A DNA stretch of 58,259 nucleotides from a virus (lineage: Duplodnaviria > Caudoviricetes), in the IMG/VR virus record IMGVR_UViG_3300047509_000193, positions 1 to 58,259 of that record. One strand, given 5' to 3'. Each line of letters opens with the position of its first letter. Positions within the stretch are counted from its first letter, which is position 1. This document shows, piece after piece, positions 19,556 through 28,097 of the stretch. The notes beneath the pieces were generated by a model, which saw nothing but the letters and a program-made list of their open reading frames with translations, did not search any database and was not told the DNA's origin. A program made the position numbers and the translations under genes.

Positions 19556-20833
19556 TCAGAGCTCGGCGCTTGCGTTGATCTGCCCACCGCCACCAGCACC
19601 CGTGAGGACACAGGTCTGTCCAACAGTCAAGACCGCCGCTGTGGTCGCTGTGACATTGATCATTGTTGGCGTACTGCCAGCCGCCGTACCTGCAAGGAAG
19701 GGAGTGGCCAAGGCAGTGGCCGTGACAACATGGGTGATCGTCCAAGTGGTTGCTGCTGGTGCCGTGCCAGGGAACGTCACCGTCGGCGCGGCACGCATGG
19801 GGTTTGCCAGGGGAATCGTGATCGTACACGTTGTGGTGCTCGCACCCTGCCCGCTCGGCGCCACGACAATGCCGGCTGCTGGCTCCGCAATATTCTGCTC
19901 ATACCGCTGCGCCATCATGAGTTCGGCAGCTGCTGGACGATGCTCATAGGACATCAGCGAGGCGGCCGAGGCCGGCCCCAGATAGCCGGGCGTTCCAGCC
20001 TGGTTGACCGCAAGTTGCGCCCCGGTGAACTCGAACCAGTCATTGGTGCCAGCGGTGCCAACGGGGGTGTAGCAGAGGCTCACCCCAACCTGTACCGCGG
20101 TGACAGGGATAGCGACCTGTGCCACATACCTGTTCCAGGTCGCCGTGATGGGCGTTGCGGCCTGCACGGCGTTGGCATAGCCCGTCCAAGTACCAGCAGC
20201 AAAGTTGGCAGCACTTCCATCCACGCCAGTGCCCGTTGCCACCGTCACCTGCAGGGCGCTTGCCGCTGCACTAAAGTTCGCGCCAGCCAAGGCCCAAAAG
20301 CTGAACTCCGCCGTCCGACCCTGGAATCGGCTTGAGTCCACGGTTTCAAGGACCTGTCCGGTGCAGATCTTGACCACATCGGCGTTTGTGGCCTTGCGCT
20401 GGAAGCGCAGGCTTGCCACATAGGTGGCCGTGACATCGGCGGCGCCGGTTTCCTTGGTCACGTCGATGGCAGAGCTAGCCCCACCCAAGTTCCACCACCT
20501 ATCAGCCTGATAGGTCAGCGTGTTGGCAATGTCAGCGCTTGGGCCAACACCCCTTTGCCAGATGTTCATCGCCCCATTGATTAGGGCGTTCCGAAAGCCT
20601 GCTGTATTGCTGACCTGCCCGGCGAAGCCGATGAGTTGCTGAGTGGAGATCGCTTCACTTTGGGGGTTTTGCCCACTCGGCAAGTTGGTATCCGCCGGGA
20701 TCTCCTCAATGCCGGTCAGAGGCCCAGTTGGGTTGGGCAGGCCAGGGGTAAATACTCCTGCCGCGAAGGCGCTGCCAATCAGCAGCGCAGCCGTCACAAT
20801 CCCGACGGCAGGGAGCAAAGCTCGTCTAATCAT
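19556..20833 (-). CDS. Fibre-type carbohydrate-binding protein with N-terminal signal peptide
   Basis: AGGAG RBS before ATG 20833; MIRRALL...GSAFA signal-like start; RNALINGAMNIWQRG..ADRW and ELMMAQRY motifs of phage fibre domains. Confidence 0.7.
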   Translation of the reverse strand: MIRRALLPAVGIVTAALLIGSAFAAGVFTPGLPNPTGPLTGIEEIPADTNLPSGQNPQSEAISTQQLIGFAGQVSNTAGFRNALINGAMNIWQRGVGPSADIANTLTYQADRWWNLGGASSAIDVTKETGAADVTATYVASLRFQRKATNADVVKICTGQVLETVDSSRFQGRTAEFSFWALAGANFSAAASALQVTVATGTGVDGSAANFAAGTWTGYANAVQAATPITATWNRYVAQVAIPVTAVQVGVSLCYTPVGTAGTNDWFEFTGAQLAVNQAGTPGYLGPASAASLMSYEHRPAAAELMMAQRYEQNIAEPAAGIVVAPSGQGASTTTCTITIPLANPMRAAPTVTFPGTAPAATTWTITHVVTATALATPFLAGTAAGSTPTMINVTATTAAVLTVGQTCVLTGAGGGGQINASAEL

Positions 20834-20915
20834 GTCTCGTGCTCCTAAGCCCGCCAGGGTAAGGCTGCATGTCGGTGGCCGGCAAAGCCGACACGCAGAG
20901 GGCGCAAGCGCCCCC

Positions 20916-20960
20916 AAAAAACGGGAGCGGCTAGAGGAAAGACAAACCCTAGCCGCTCCC
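20916..20960 (-). terminator. Rho-independent terminator
   Basis: 12-bp stem GGGAGCGGCTAG/CTAGCCGCTCCC followed by T6 on the minus strand. Confidence 0.8.
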
Positions 20961-20993
20961 CAGAGACGAAAGGCCCTGCCGGCATGACTCGGC

Positions 20994-21248
20994 CTACCTT
21001 CGTCCCCTAACAGCCGAGATCGCAGCGGCAAGACTGGAGGTGGGGGGCTGCCTTGCCTCGCGCTCATCGACCGCATCCACGTCAAGATCAGGTTTTTCGG
21101 CGCTGAAGCGCTTAGTCGAGTGATACTCGCCGTTCTTCGAGTGATATTCAGTCACCAAGTAGCCATTGTCAATGGCCTCGACGCTTACACTTCGCGAGAC
21201 ATATTCCTCATCACGGCTTGCTGTCTCAGGCACACTTACTCTTGGCAT
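20994..21248 (-). CDS. Hypothetical protein
   Basis: 84 aa, SVSVEAIDNGYLV; coupled to the upstream gene. Confidence 0.65.
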   Translation of the reverse strand: MPRVSVPETASRDEEYVSRSVSVEAIDNGYLVTEYHSKNGEYHSTKRFSAEKPDLDVDAVDEREARQPPTSSLAAAISAVRGRR

Positions 21249-21251
21249 AGC

Positions 21252-21485
21252 CTAGTCCCCCTTGTAGTGCGGGTCCGGCACATTGTGCTCCCCGTCGAAG
21301 CCGCCCTCGACCTTGTGCTGCCCAACCATGTGATGCTCCGCGGTCTTCTGCTCCGCGATGTGCTTCATCGCGTTGCCCAGGTGCGTGTCGCCCACGCTAT
21401 CACCAGGCGCACGAATGTGTGCATCATGGCTTGCATCGCCTGCGAAGCCGTGCTTGTGGCTGCGTCGTCCGCCTTCATGTGCCAT
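21252..21485 (-). CDS. His-rich small protein
   Basis: 77 aa with 12 His; AAGGAG RBS. Confidence 0.65.
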   Translation of the reverse strand: MAHEGGRRSHKHGFAGDASHDAHIRAPGDSVGDTHLGNAMKHIAEQKTAEHHMVGQHKVEGGFDGEHNVPDPHYKGD

Positions 21486-21610
21486 AAGGCTGCTCCTTGG
21501 CGGGCTACACCCGCCTCTGCTGTTACACTCGGCGCACTTTAGGGGGAACTTAGGCCAGCTTGACAGGGCATTGCCCCGATGCGGGCTAAAGTCCCCCTTT
21601 CGTGGGCGCC

Positions 21611-21976
21611 CTATGTCGGGGGTGCCGCCGCCTCAGCCTGTTGCACCGTCGCCACATCTGCCTGGAGGGCCGTATGCAGATCGGTGAGGGCCTGCAGCTG
21701 CGTGGGCGTAGCGCCCGCTGCACTTGCCGCCGCCGTCGCAGCTGCAAGCTGCGCAGTGAATCCACTAACCTGAGCACTGAGCTTCCCCAGCTCTGCCTTG
21801 AGCCCCACCTCGTCGTCCTGCAGGGCCTTGACTACATCATCTGTCGCTGTCATTTGTTTCTCCATCCTATCAAGTTGCAACGTTGTCTCTCGTGCGACTT
21901 GCAGCACCTCAACGAGGATCGCACGATCCTCCTCGGTGAAGACAGGCATCCAGCGGTGATTGGGTCTGTCATTCAT
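21611..21976 (-). CDS. Coiled-coil hypothetical protein
   Basis: ATG at 21976 overlaps the upstream stop; Ala/Gln-rich heptads. Confidence 0.6.
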   Translation of the reverse strand: MNDRPNHRWMPVFTEEDRAILVEVLQVARETTLQLDRMEKQMTATDDVVKALQDDEVGLKAELGKLSAQVSGFTAQLAAATAAASAAGATPTQLQALTDLHTALQADVATVQQAEAAAPPT

Positions 21977-22137
21977 AGGCCACCCCGGAAGACAAGGAAC
22001 ACAATAATGATCAGGGCAATGATACCAATACCTGGTCCACCGTAGCCACCACCCCAGCCATTGACATGCCCATAGTAGCCGCCGCTGAGGCCACCAAAGA
22101 GCAACAAAAGGACGATAATCCAAAGCACTGGTGGCAT
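21973..22137 (-). CDS. DUF3309-like small membrane protein (54 aa)
   Basis: Manual translation MPPVLWIIVLLLLFGGLSGGYYGHVNGWGGGYGGPGIGIIALIIIVFLVFRGGL; GGAG RBS. Confidence 0.75.
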   Translation of the reverse strand: MPPVLWIIVLLLLFGGLSGGYYGHVNGWGGGYGGPGIGIIALIIIVFLVFRGGL

Positions 22138-22146
22138 AGCAATCTC

Positions 22147-22617
22147 CTATCGATGGCCCCTGAGATTGGTCATATCATTCTTTAAGTTGTTTAGCTCGAT
22201 CGTCATGTGCATTCCCTCGGCGCGCTGCGACTGCTCGAACGCCTTCTGCTCGCCCTGCACGTCCTGAATCCAGGTGGTGTTAGCCTTCGTTTCTTTCTCG
22301 AGCACGCTGATGGCGGCCGTGTTCTTTTCGCTGGCCTTCTCGGTCGCGTTGGTCGATGCGACGTGATCCGCAAACTTGCGGTCGAAATAGAAAAATGCCG
22401 TGCCGACAGCACTAAGAATCGCAAGAACGATGGTGAGCGCCAACGCACCCCAGATACGGATTTCCGTTGCAACCTTGTCGCGGCGCGCAAGCTCAGCGCG
22501 TAGCCTTCCCGTCTCGGCTCGACGATCGCTCTCGTTGAGTGTAGCCTCATAGAGCAAGTCACGGTGCTGCTGCGCACGATCAGTAGTCGGCGGTGGGTTG
22601 TCTGCGTCGTCACTCAC
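22147..22617 (-). CDS. Single-pass membrane protein (lysis region)
   Basis: One TM segment IWGALALTIVLAILSAVGTAFFYF then coiled coil; GTGA overlap with the upstream stop. Confidence 0.6.
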   Translation of the reverse strand: MSDDADNPPPTTDRAQQHRDLLYEATLNESDRRAETGRLRAELARRDKVATEIRIWGALALTIVLAILSAVGTAFFYFDRKFADHVASTNATEKASEKNTAAISVLEKETKANTTWIQDVQGEQKAFEQSQRAEGMHMTIELNNLKNDMTNLRGHR

Positions 22618-23042
22618 GGCGACCTTGGCAAAGTCTGCTTCTTCTTCGGCTTGGGTGTGGGCTTGAGCGAAGTCGGCACTTGGTTGCACTCTGCGCTAAG
22701 TACATTGGCAGTATGTGGCTTTCCCGTCTCTGGGTCAATCAAGTCTGTGTGCGCCAGGGCCGCCGCCTTGGCGGTTTCACATTCCGCCAAGGTCATCTTA
22801 CGACTTGGACTCACCGTGCCGCCGACCGTGTAGGTTTGCAACATGGTGTTGGCAGCCGGTCCGGCGGGTTGTGTTGTCGAGGTCATAGTCTGGGATACAT
22901 TGACTTGAGGAGCTTCACCTGGCGCTGTAGTACGAATAGTTGCCGTAGCGTCAAGTGGCAACGCCACCGTGGCAGGGAGCGACGGGCAGGCAATCGGCGT
23001 GCAACCGACAAGGGCCAATACCAGAGCAATCGTGCGAGTCAT
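22614..23042 (-). CDS. Putative lipoprotein
   Basis: MTRTIALVLALVG-C lipobox-like N-terminus. Confidence 0.55.
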   Translation of the reverse strand: MTRTIALVLALVGCTPIACPSLPATVALPLDATATIRTTAPGEAPQVNVSQTMTSTTQPAGPAANTMLQTYTVGGTVSPSRKMTLAECETAKAAALAHTDLIDPETGKPHTANVLSAECNQVPTSLKPTPKPKKKQTLPRSP

Positions 23043-23887
23043 TTGACCAGCCTCAGTCCCTCGACTACGGTGTTGGCTTTGGCGTCTGGGCTCTCAAGGC
23101 TAATCGGCCCATAGGCGCCGAAGCCAATCCAATTATCGCGGAGCAGGATATTGTGAAATGTTCCCTTGGCACCCGTACCGCCGTCGCCTACGAAGACAGT
23201 CCAGCTTGCTCCAAGGAGGAAATTGTTGATCACCGTCACGTCGCTCGTCGGCCCCATCTCGGTGGTGATCCTGATGGCCTCGTTGCACGCCGTCTTGGCA
23301 TCGTCGTTCTTCGTGAAGTCCATAAAGTTCCGCGCCACAAGGATCGGCCCTGTCGTCTTGGCGATCCAAATGGCGTCGGCATGCGCATCAGTCTGATAGC
23401 CTGACGGCCCGATGTAGCATTCAACGACGGCGCCGCAGTCGATCTGGATCTGGTCGCTGCAGCCATTGACGAACGAGCAGCGAAATATCGTCGCCTGCCC
23501 ATCGCCGCAGCCGATGGCGTCGCTCAGTGGCCGGTCGAGCTTGCCGCCGTCAAACGAGCATGAGATGACAGTGAGGCCGTTGAAGCCTGGAAACTGGCGC
23601 AGGGAATAATAGCCGCTCGCCGCGTCGAACAGGCAATTCGAGATCGTCACGTTGTCGGCGTGGACCTCGACGACCGCGCCTCGGAAATCCTTGCCGGAGA
23701 CTACAACGCCGCTATCTTTGATAACAAAGCGGGCATGTGCCGCGTCGTACCCCTGCAAGGACGCCACCGGGTAGAGATTGCCAATCAAGCAGCCAACCGG
23801 ATAGTCAAGCGTCGGCCAGTGCACCCCAGGCGATGCCGCACGAACGAGAGCAAGTTGCGCAGGAGAGATCATCGCTCGGTCTTTCAC
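23039..23887 (-). CDS. Right-handed beta-helix (pectate-lyase-like) protein
   Basis: Repeated VTISNCLF / LTVISCSF / ATIFRCSF strands and HADAI motif. Confidence 0.7.
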   Translation of the reverse strand: MKDRAMISPAQLALVRAASPGVHWPTLDYPVGCLIGNLYPVASLQGYDAAHARFVIKDSGVVVSGKDFRGAVVEVHADNVTISNCLFDAASGYYSLRQFPGFNGLTVISCSFDGGKLDRPLSDAIGCGDGQATIFRCSFVNGCSDQIQIDCGAVVECYIGPSGYQTDAHADAIWIAKTTGPILVARNFMDFTKNDDAKTACNEAIRITTEMGPTSDVTVINNFLLGASWTVFVGDGGTGAKGTFHNILLRDNWIGFGAYGPISLESPDAKANTVVEGLRLVK

Positions 23888-24093
23888 CTTCCTTGATAGT
23901 TGAACAGTCCAACTGGCATGTCGTAGTCCGGCCCCAACGCGTCGAGGATCGCCTTGGCGTACTTGATCGGGATTTGGTTCGCCCGCTTGAACTGGTAGAC
24001 GTAAGTCTTGCTGGTGCCCATGACCTTTGCCGCCGCTGCCTCGCCGCCGAGCGCCTTGATGAGATCGTCCACGCTGTCGATCGGCTTGGTCAC
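23884..24093 (-). CDS. Cro/YdaS-like HTH protein
   Basis: LIKALGGEAAAAKVMGTSKTYVYQFKRANQIP; GTGA overlap start. Confidence 0.7.
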   Translation of the reverse strand: MTKPIDSVDDLIKALGGEAAAAKVMGTSKTYVYQFKRANQIPIKYAKAILDALGPDYDMPVGLFNYQGR

Positions 24094-24251
24094 GGATCCG
24101 TCTTCCCCGTCATGTTGAGCCTCGTGCGCAGCGCGTCCAACTCCATCTCGGTCTTGCCGTGGTGGACGACCTCCCTCACAAGACCGCCCGCGATGACGAG
24201 CAGCAGCGCCCAACTGGCAGCAAATAGCCACAGCGGAACGCACGCGCTCAT
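24090..24251 (-). CDS. Small membrane protein (53 aa)
   Basis: Manual translation MSACVPLWLFAASWALLLVIAGGLVREV...; overlap-coupled at both ends. Confidence 0.5.
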   Translation of the reverse strand: MSACVPLWLFAASWALLLVIAGGLVREVVHHGKTEMELDALRTRLNMTGKTDP

Positions 24252-24391
24252 CGGGCGACCTCTAGTCTGTGCTTCAACTCGTCGCGTTCAGCCTCGGCTT
24301 TCCAGAGTCGGTGCATGACCATCTCGAGAAATGATGCTGTCATGAACAACAGCACAGAACTGATGAGGAGAAGTACATCGCATCCGATCAT
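24248..24391 (-). CDS. Small membrane protein (47 aa)
   Basis: MIGCDVLLLISSVLLFMTASFLEMV...; ATGA coupling. Confidence 0.5.
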   Translation of the reverse strand: MIGCDVLLLISSVLLFMTASFLEMVMHRLWKAEAERDELKHRLEVAR

Positions 24392-24627
24392 CGGGCGGTG
24401 CGATATATGGCTCGCCTGAGCGCGCCGTCCTTGACCTGCCGCATGATGAGGTCCGGCCCCTGGACCACCTTCCCGCTCATCGGCCCCGGCCCTGCCATCT
24501 TGTCCTCGGCCTGCCCACGGCGGTGTTTGTAGTTCTCGATCGCCTTGTGATCCCGCGCGCAGTCCGCCAGCGTCGGCCAGGTGAGGCCCACGGGCACGGC
24601 GCGACAAAATGGGCAGTATTGTGTCAC
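24388..24627 (-). CDS. Hypothetical protein
   Basis: 79 aa with CPFC; overlap-coupled at both ends. Confidence 0.5.
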   Translation of the reverse strand: MTQYCPFCRAVPVGLTWPTLADCARDHKAIENYKHRRGQAEDKMAGPGPMSGKVVQGPDLIMRQVKDGALRRAIYRTAR

Positions 24628-24812
24628 GGCTTCGGATCGCCCGAGGCCGCCGCCTCGAACGCCGCCCGTCCGGCCCGGTAGTTCGCCGCAGCGTCAGCCC
24701 ACTGTTGCAGCGCCAGGTCGGCGCCGGGCGTGCCGTTCGCGTATTGCTGGATGAGGGAGATGCCCTCTTGGATGCCGGCGGCGGCAAGGGAGATGAGAAT
24801 GGGGTCCATCAT
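24624..24812 (-). CDS. Hypothetical protein (62 aa)
   Basis: MMDPILISLAAAGIQEG...; ATGA overlap with the Tad2-like stop; GGAG RBS. Confidence 0.55.
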   Translation of the reverse strand: MMDPILISLAAAGIQEGISLIQQYANGTPGADLALQQWADAAANYRAGRAAFEAAASGDPKP

Positions 24813-25120
24813 GCAATCTCCCAATCGGTCGCGAGAAGATCGGCCTGAGAGCAGACCCATCCGGGTTGCCACTTCCCCTGCCCCGTCCACATGGCAATGT
24901 AGGGTTGGCTTTCGAGAGGCGTATCCTTGCCGATGTGCTTCGCGGTCCGGTCGTTGACCTTGGCGCCGGGTGCCTGCGAGTTGAACGGTGGCAGGCTCAA
25001 TTCCGGTATGAGCACGATGAACATGCCTTTGCCGTTCCAACCGGAGCGCCGGACCTTGTCACCGTGCCGCATGGCGTAGATGGCCCATCCGATGCCCTGT
25101 GCTACATTAATGTCACTCAT
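24809..25120 (-). CDS. tad2: DUF2829 / Thoeris anti-defence Tad2-like protein
   Basis: AMRHGDKVRRSGWNGKGMFI...PYIAM...PGWVCSQADLLATDW, the DUF2829 signature. Confidence 0.85.
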   Translation of the reverse strand: MSDINVAQGIGWAIYAMRHGDKVRRSGWNGKGMFIVLIPELSLPPFNSQAPGAKVNDRTAKHIGKDTPLESQPYIAMWTGQGKWQPGWVCSQADLLATDWEIA

Positions 25121-25470
25121 GGCTTCACCTGCATCTGGAGGGAAACGAGCGCGGCCAGCCCTGTTGCGAAGGCTCTGGCAGCCGCCACGGCATCGCTCGG
25201 CGGCGTCGGCGCGGTGCAGACCGGATCGGTCAGCGTCTCGGCGTCGTGGACCTCGGCAACCTGCTTGGCCGAGAGCTTGCCTTGCGCGCGGGCGGAGGCC
25301 AGCACGGTGAGTGCGTTGCCGGCCGCGTTGCAGAGCGAGATGGCGCCCTGCGCGACAGGGGTTGACGACGTGGTAGCGGTCGATGAACACCCGACAAGGC
25401 CACCGAGCGCAACAAGGCTTCCAGCCATTACGGCAACGGCAACTGTGCTGACAAAGAATTTTCGCGTCAT
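25117..25470 (-). CDS. Lipoprotein, possibly a spanin component
   Basis: Signal peptide ending LVG-C; directly after the holin-like gene and endolysin. Confidence 0.65.
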   Translation of the reverse strand: MTRKFFVSTVAVAVMAGSLVALGGLVGCSSTATTSSTPVAQGAISLCNAAGNALTVLASARAQGKLSAKQVAEVHDAETLTDPVCTAPTPPSDAVAAARAFATGLAALVSLQMQVKP

Positions 25471-25853
25471 GGCTTTGCTCCTTCTACGGCCGGCGGTGGG
25501 GCGATGCTCGCCGCGATCCGAGCGGAGCCGGCTATCGTCGGGACAAGCTGGCCGGTGCTTGCTCCCGGCGTCAGGACGCCCGTGCTCTTAGCGAGGTCCG
25601 GCGAGGTCGTGGCGAGGTAGTCTGCCACCTTGTCTGGAATCTGCGCCGTTGGCGTGCCCTGCGAGATTGCCAAAGCGTGACCCCGGTTAAGCGCCGCCGT
25701 CAGCGCGGCAGCGTCGGCTGTTCCCTGCGCGATGGCCACCCATCTCGCTGCATATATCTTCACGACCGCAACGACCGCGATCCCTACGACGGGGATAGCG
25801 CCGAGCAGCACCACGATGATAGCTTGCTGTACGTCCGCCCATGTTGATGTCAT
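25467..25853 (-). CDS. Holin-like membrane protein
   Basis: N-terminal hydrophobic helix; coupled to the endolysin gene. Confidence 0.55.
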   Translation of the reverse strand: MTSTWADVQQAIIVVLLGAIPVVGIAVVAVVKIYAARWVAIAQGTADAAALTAALNRGHALAISQGTPTAQIPDKVADYLATTSPDLAKSTGVLTPGASTGQLVPTIAGSARIAASIAPPPAVEGAKP

Positions 25854-26401
25854 ACCGTGCCGACCTCCTCTGGCGCCAAGAGCGCGGCCTCAGTGATGTC
25901 AACAAGCCGATTGAGCCATCCTGCAAGGTACGTCGCGGCGTTCTGATCGGCAGCGTAAGCAGCCGCCCGCTCGAACATTAGCTTGAGGAACACCGTGATG
26001 ACGGCCTTGCTCTCCGAAGCGGGCAATGCTGCCAGAGTGAGCGGCCCGATTGCGCCATCCGCGACGACACCAAGCGCTCGCTGAAGGCGCCTTGCCGCTG
26101 CGCCAGCGCCACTATTCACCGCATCGTCAAAGACACCAAGCGCCAGCATCCATTGGAGCACATCGCAGTGACAGGCAAGCCAATAGTCGCGATGATAGAT
26201 GGCGTGTGCTTGATCCAAGGTGAGATTAGCGATATCGCTGATCATCGGATAAGCAGCGGCGCTGATCCCGTACTTGGTGCCCCTAAGCTCGCCCAGGCCA
26301 ATCTTGCCGCCGGTCCAGTTTCCACGATCGCTCGCGCTCTTGGAGTAGCGCCCCTCGACGCCCACGACGATCGCCACGGCAGAAGGGAAGAGGTCGGTCA
26401 T
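25850..26401 (-). CDS. Endolysin, glycoside hydrolase family 108 with peptidoglycan-binding motif
   Basis: EGRY...DRGNWTGG..GTKYGIS..AYP, FDDAVNSG, LQRALGV.ADG.IGP.TL, GWLNR. Confidence 0.9.
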   Translation of the reverse strand: MTDLFPSAVAIVVGVEGRYSKSASDRGNWTGGKIGLGELRGTKYGISAAAYPMISDIANLTLDQAHAIYHRDYWLACHCDVLQWMLALGVFDDAVNSGAGAAARRLQRALGVVADGAIGPLTLAALPASESKAVITVFLKLMFERAAAYAADQNAATYLAGWLNRLVDITEAALLAPEEVGTV

Positions 26402-26486
26402 GGCGTCATCACGAGGCGCGAGCGCGCGGTGCAGGTAGCGCCGGCCTCGGCGGCGGCTGGAACGCAGTGCAGGAGGGGGGTGCGGA

Positions 26487-28097
26487 TCATGGCGCGGCCG
26501 TCAACCGCTCAGTTGCCGCGCAGTGCAACGTCTTGCCCACCTCGCCGGTCACGATGACCTGGAACGCCTGCGGACTGGCGGCAATGAGAGTGAGGGTCCA
26601 AGCCGCCGCCGAGGCATCGTTCCACTTGGTAATCGTCGGCGTGCCGATCATCTGCATCACGTCTGAGTTGTTGGCGATCCCGCCCGTTGCTTGCCAACTC
26701 GCCGCCTCCGTGCCGCCAACGTCCGTTCGCCGGCATACCACATCGACCGAGAACTTCGCCGCTGTATTGGTGAGTAGCGTGACGCGATTGCTGGTGTTTG
26801 CGCCATCCAAAGTCAGCTCAGACGGGGTGGCGTCGGTCAGGATTCGCCGCGTCACGTAGCGCGCGTCGAAATATCCTCCGGCAGTCCCCAGCATCTTGAA
26901 TTGATTACTGTCGAAAAAGAACTTTCCCCCGATGCCACCAGGGCTGAGGGTTATATGAGAAGTCCCCAAGGTCTGGATATCCAGACCAGTTGACATCCTG
27001 ATATTTTCGCCGCCGTTGTTGAAACTCTGGTAATAGAGAGTTGCGCCGCCGGCCGTGTCGATCACCGGATCAGGATCGGCGTTGGCCTTGTCGATATGCA
27101 GGATCACATTATCGGTAGTGGCCGTCCCGCCAGGACACTGTGTGATTCCTTGGGCGACGAAAGACGTGTAGCTGATACGATGGAACGTATTATCAACGGG
27201 GACGTTGGGGATGGGAATGACGCCGGACGCCAAGCTGCAAAGCAGGACGACGCCGTCGCCCGTGCCGCCCGATCCTCCGCGAATCACTCTCGTGTTCATG
27301 AACTCGTTGTTGTCGGTAGCGCCAACGTGCAGGCCATCGCCGTTGTGATGTCTGATGTCCACGTTCCGGAAGAAATTCATCGACGTGTTGCCGCGCTTCG
27401 CTGGGTCGTGCACGCCATCAATCAGCGCGCCGAGCGTGTCGGTCGTGACCTGATCGGAGAAAATATCAATCGTGTTGAACTGCAAATCGAACGGGTCTGG
27501 CCCGACCATCGCATCGTTGGTGCCGATGTGGACGCCCATGTTGAGGCAGGCTATGCCGGTGGCCTGAACCTCGGAAGCCCACGTCGAAAGCATCTCCGTT
27601 CCGATGCCGGCGCGCGAGTTGCAATCGACCGATATGCCCTTGATGTTGACCCCGGCGAGATGTGTCGTTGCGCCGTTCGGCGGCGAGATCAGAAGTACAG
27701 TTTTCGTGGCGTCGGCAGGCCCGGTGTAGATAATTCGCGTGCCGCCGAAGGCGTGCATGTTCAGGTTGACGTTGTGCCAGCTATCCGTTCCGGCTCCGAG
27801 CCAGCTTACCCCCGGCAGACCAATCACGATCGGCAGCGTGGTATTGCAGATGCTGGATGTGAACAGGTAGAGCCCTGGCGCCGTGGTCGATGCAAGAAGC
27901 GCCGTGTCATCGACACCGCCGCAAGCGATCTCTCGGATGGGCGGCGGATAGTCCTGCTTCGAAGCGAACTCGGCCTGCCACTGCGGCGGCGTCCATACGA
28001 CGTTTGGGCCGATGGCTGGAAGGCCTGGAGCTGTTGGGGACTGCGCGAGTGCCGCACCGGACCACAGCAGCGCCACGAAGAGGGCAATGCGTCTCAC
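26487..28097 (-). CDS. Tailspike/depolymerase-like beta-helix protein with signal peptide
   Basis: 536 aa; GVDDTA motif then beta-helix-like repeats; MRRIALFVALLWSGAALA-Q start. Confidence 0.7.
   Translation of the reverse strand: MRRIALFVALLWSGAALAQSPTAPGLPAIGPNVVWTPPQWQAEFASKQDYPPPIREIACGGVDDTALLASTTAPGLYLFTSSICNTTLPIVIGLPGVSWLGAGTDSWHNVNLNMHAFGGTRIIYTGPADATKTVLLISPPNGATTHLAGVNIKGISVDCNSRAGIGTEMLSTWASEVQATGIACLNMGVHIGTNDAMVGPDPFDLQFNTIDIFSDQVTTDTLGALIDGVHDPAKRGNTSMNFFRNVDIRHHNGDGLHVGATDNNEFMNTRVIRGGSGGTGDGVVLLCSLASGVIPIPNVPVDNTFHRISYTSFVAQGITQCPGGTATTDNVILHIDKANADPDPVIDTAGGATLYYQSFNNGGENIRMSTGLDIQTLGTSHITLSPGGIGGKFFFDSNQFKMLGTAGGYFDARYVTRRILTDATPSELTLDGANTSNRVTLLTNTAAKFSVDVVCRRTDVGGTEAASWQATGGIANNSDVMQMIGTPTITKWNDASAAAWTLTLIAASPQAFQVIVTGEVGKTLHCAATERLTAAP

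Noticed and set aside
20870-20915. c-di-GMP riboswitch suggested by GGCAAAGCC
   Set aside because: It is on the non-coding strand and lacks the rest of the consensus architecture.
20834-21085. 84-aa N-terminal extension of ORF 19556..21085
   Set aside because: It runs through a terminator and another gene; the AGGAG RBS supports ATG 20833.
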